Source: Bdellovibrionales bacterium (GTDB lineage Bacteria > Bdellovibrionota > Bdellovibrionia > Bdellovibrionales > CAYMLA01). From it: a stretch of 64,000 bases of DNA. Both the position numbers and the translations under genes were made by a program. The first letter of the stretch is position 1; every line of letters begins with the position of its first letter. The notes below the pieces were generated by a model. The model was not told the origin of the DNA, searched no databases, and saw nothing but the letters and a program-made list of their open reading frames with translations. The stretch covers positions 512,001-576,000 of the forward strand of contig OZ244239.1 in the NCBI GenBank assembly GCA_965217115.1. The letters run 5' to 3'. Shown in pieces: positions 62,956 through 64,000 of this stretch.

Positions 62956-63939
62956 TCACGAATTCAATTCTCTTAAAGCGATCTCCCTGCGTTTCTTACG
63001 AACTTTAATAAAGTAATCACGACTATCTTTGAGGGCTCGAGTATAAAAAGAAATTTGATCGTTCATAACCTCTAGTTCACTTTTTTTGTATGCAAGCGCT
63101 TCCCCTTCTATATCCAAACGTCCTAGCCCTTTTTGACTTTTGATGAGTCTTGTTCTGTATGCTGAGCCCAGCCCAGCACCGGCAAATGACATATTGCTGC
63201 TAATCTCTGCAAAAGCGTCATACATGACATTACTGGCAACGATCGCCTGTTCTTTGTAACTCTCAATGTAGGGCTTGCGTTTTTCAAGGGCCTCTTCAAG
63301 TTTTCCTTGATCCCTTTCTATTTCCTCTTCTGTAATATTTAATTCAGACCTGGCAAGATCCATTTTATATTTAAACTTGCTCAATTCTATTTTCTTTTTA
63401 GTCAGTTCTCTAGACAATTCCTGATTTGAATTGATAACATCTTTAAAGTAGTCCACAGAGTAATCTGATTTACCTTTAAATATATCTCCTCCTGGATTTG
63501 ACACTTCGAGATATTGATAGAAGGTGGTCCACATGAGTTCAGCCATATTAGATTGAAAGGTTTTGGAGTTAACCAAAACAACCATGTCAAAATCTTTAGA
63601 TCGCGAGTACTGAGACACGATGTTGAAATCTTCCTCTATACTTCTCCACGCTGATTTTTTCAGTGAACGCGATAGAACAGGGCTCCCCTTGTTTATCAGC
63701 GAGTTCGTCACGACAATGACTTTGGTTCTATGGATTGCCTGTAGGAAGTGAGGCAAATGAACCTGATCTCTGACTTGATAACGGTCGGCTTTATAGGGCT
63801 CATCGACAAAGTGGCGTAGTAGCTCATTTGCCGTAGTATGGAAAAGTAAAGCACTTCCATTGAATTGCGAAGAGGGCTCTTTAGAAAAAGAAAGGCTCCC
63901 TACTGATAAAAAGCACAGAATTAAGATTTTTAGCTTCAT
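62956..63939 (-). CDS. Hypothetical secreted protein with coiled-coil C-terminal half
   Basis: GAGGAG RBS, signal peptide, heptad-like Glu/Lys-rich C-terminus. Confidence 0.65.
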   Translation of the reverse strand: MKLKILILCFLSVGSLSFSKEPSSQFNGSALLFHTTANELLRHFVDEPYKADRYQVRDQVHLPHFLQAIHRTKVIVVTNSLINKGSPVLSRSLKKSAWRSIEEDFNIVSQYSRSKDFDMVVLVNSKTFQSNMAELMWTTFYQYLEVSNPGGDIFKGKSDYSVDYFKDVINSNQELSRELTKKKIELSKFKYKMDLARSELNITEEEIERDQGKLEEALEKRKPYIESYKEQAIVASNVMYDAFAEISSNMSFAGAGLGSAYRTRLIKSQKGLGRLDIEGEALAYKKSELEVMNDQISFYTRALKDSRDYFIKVRKKRREIALRELNS

Positions 63940-64000
63940 GGCAAACTCCTCAAGATTAATGCCTTTACGCTTTTATACGTTGCGTTATTTGGTGTAAAAA

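Overview
Chromosomal window from a Gram-negative bacterium, most likely Bdellovibrionota-like. This is an inference from a RomR-like regulator, bacterial topoisomerase VI and a mitochondrial-type aconitase. Most of the window is housekeeping, mainly on the minus strand: lolD/lolCE, prfB with its +1 frameshift, hutU/hutH, rpe, fmt, def, lptF/G, nadC, birA, aconitase, top6A/B, bolA-grxD, ampG, fbaA, waaA, lemA/TPM, bcp, argS, udk, nth, an ECF sigma/anti-sigma pair, queC, recJ, secDF-yajC, tgt, queA, a multicopper oxidase and recQ. The outstanding feature is a ~7-kb accessory segment (15239-22201) between aconitase and top6A, bounded by ~178-bp near-perfect inverted repeats. It holds six full copies and one truncated copy of a long palindromic element whose arms co-vary and whose core occurs in both orientations relative to its flanks. 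It also carries two tandem paralogous lipoproteins with near-identical frameworks and five hypervariable loops, an Xre/MbcA-RES toxin-antitoxin pair with a possible A9 frameshift, and yaiI. No recombinase or transposase is present in the window. Other notable items: ArgRS with an inserted PheT-like tRNA-binding OB-fold, a degenerate M50-like membrane protein with two cNMP domains, and a DUF366-like gene coupled to queC. All family calls come from motif recognition by eye; no searches were run.
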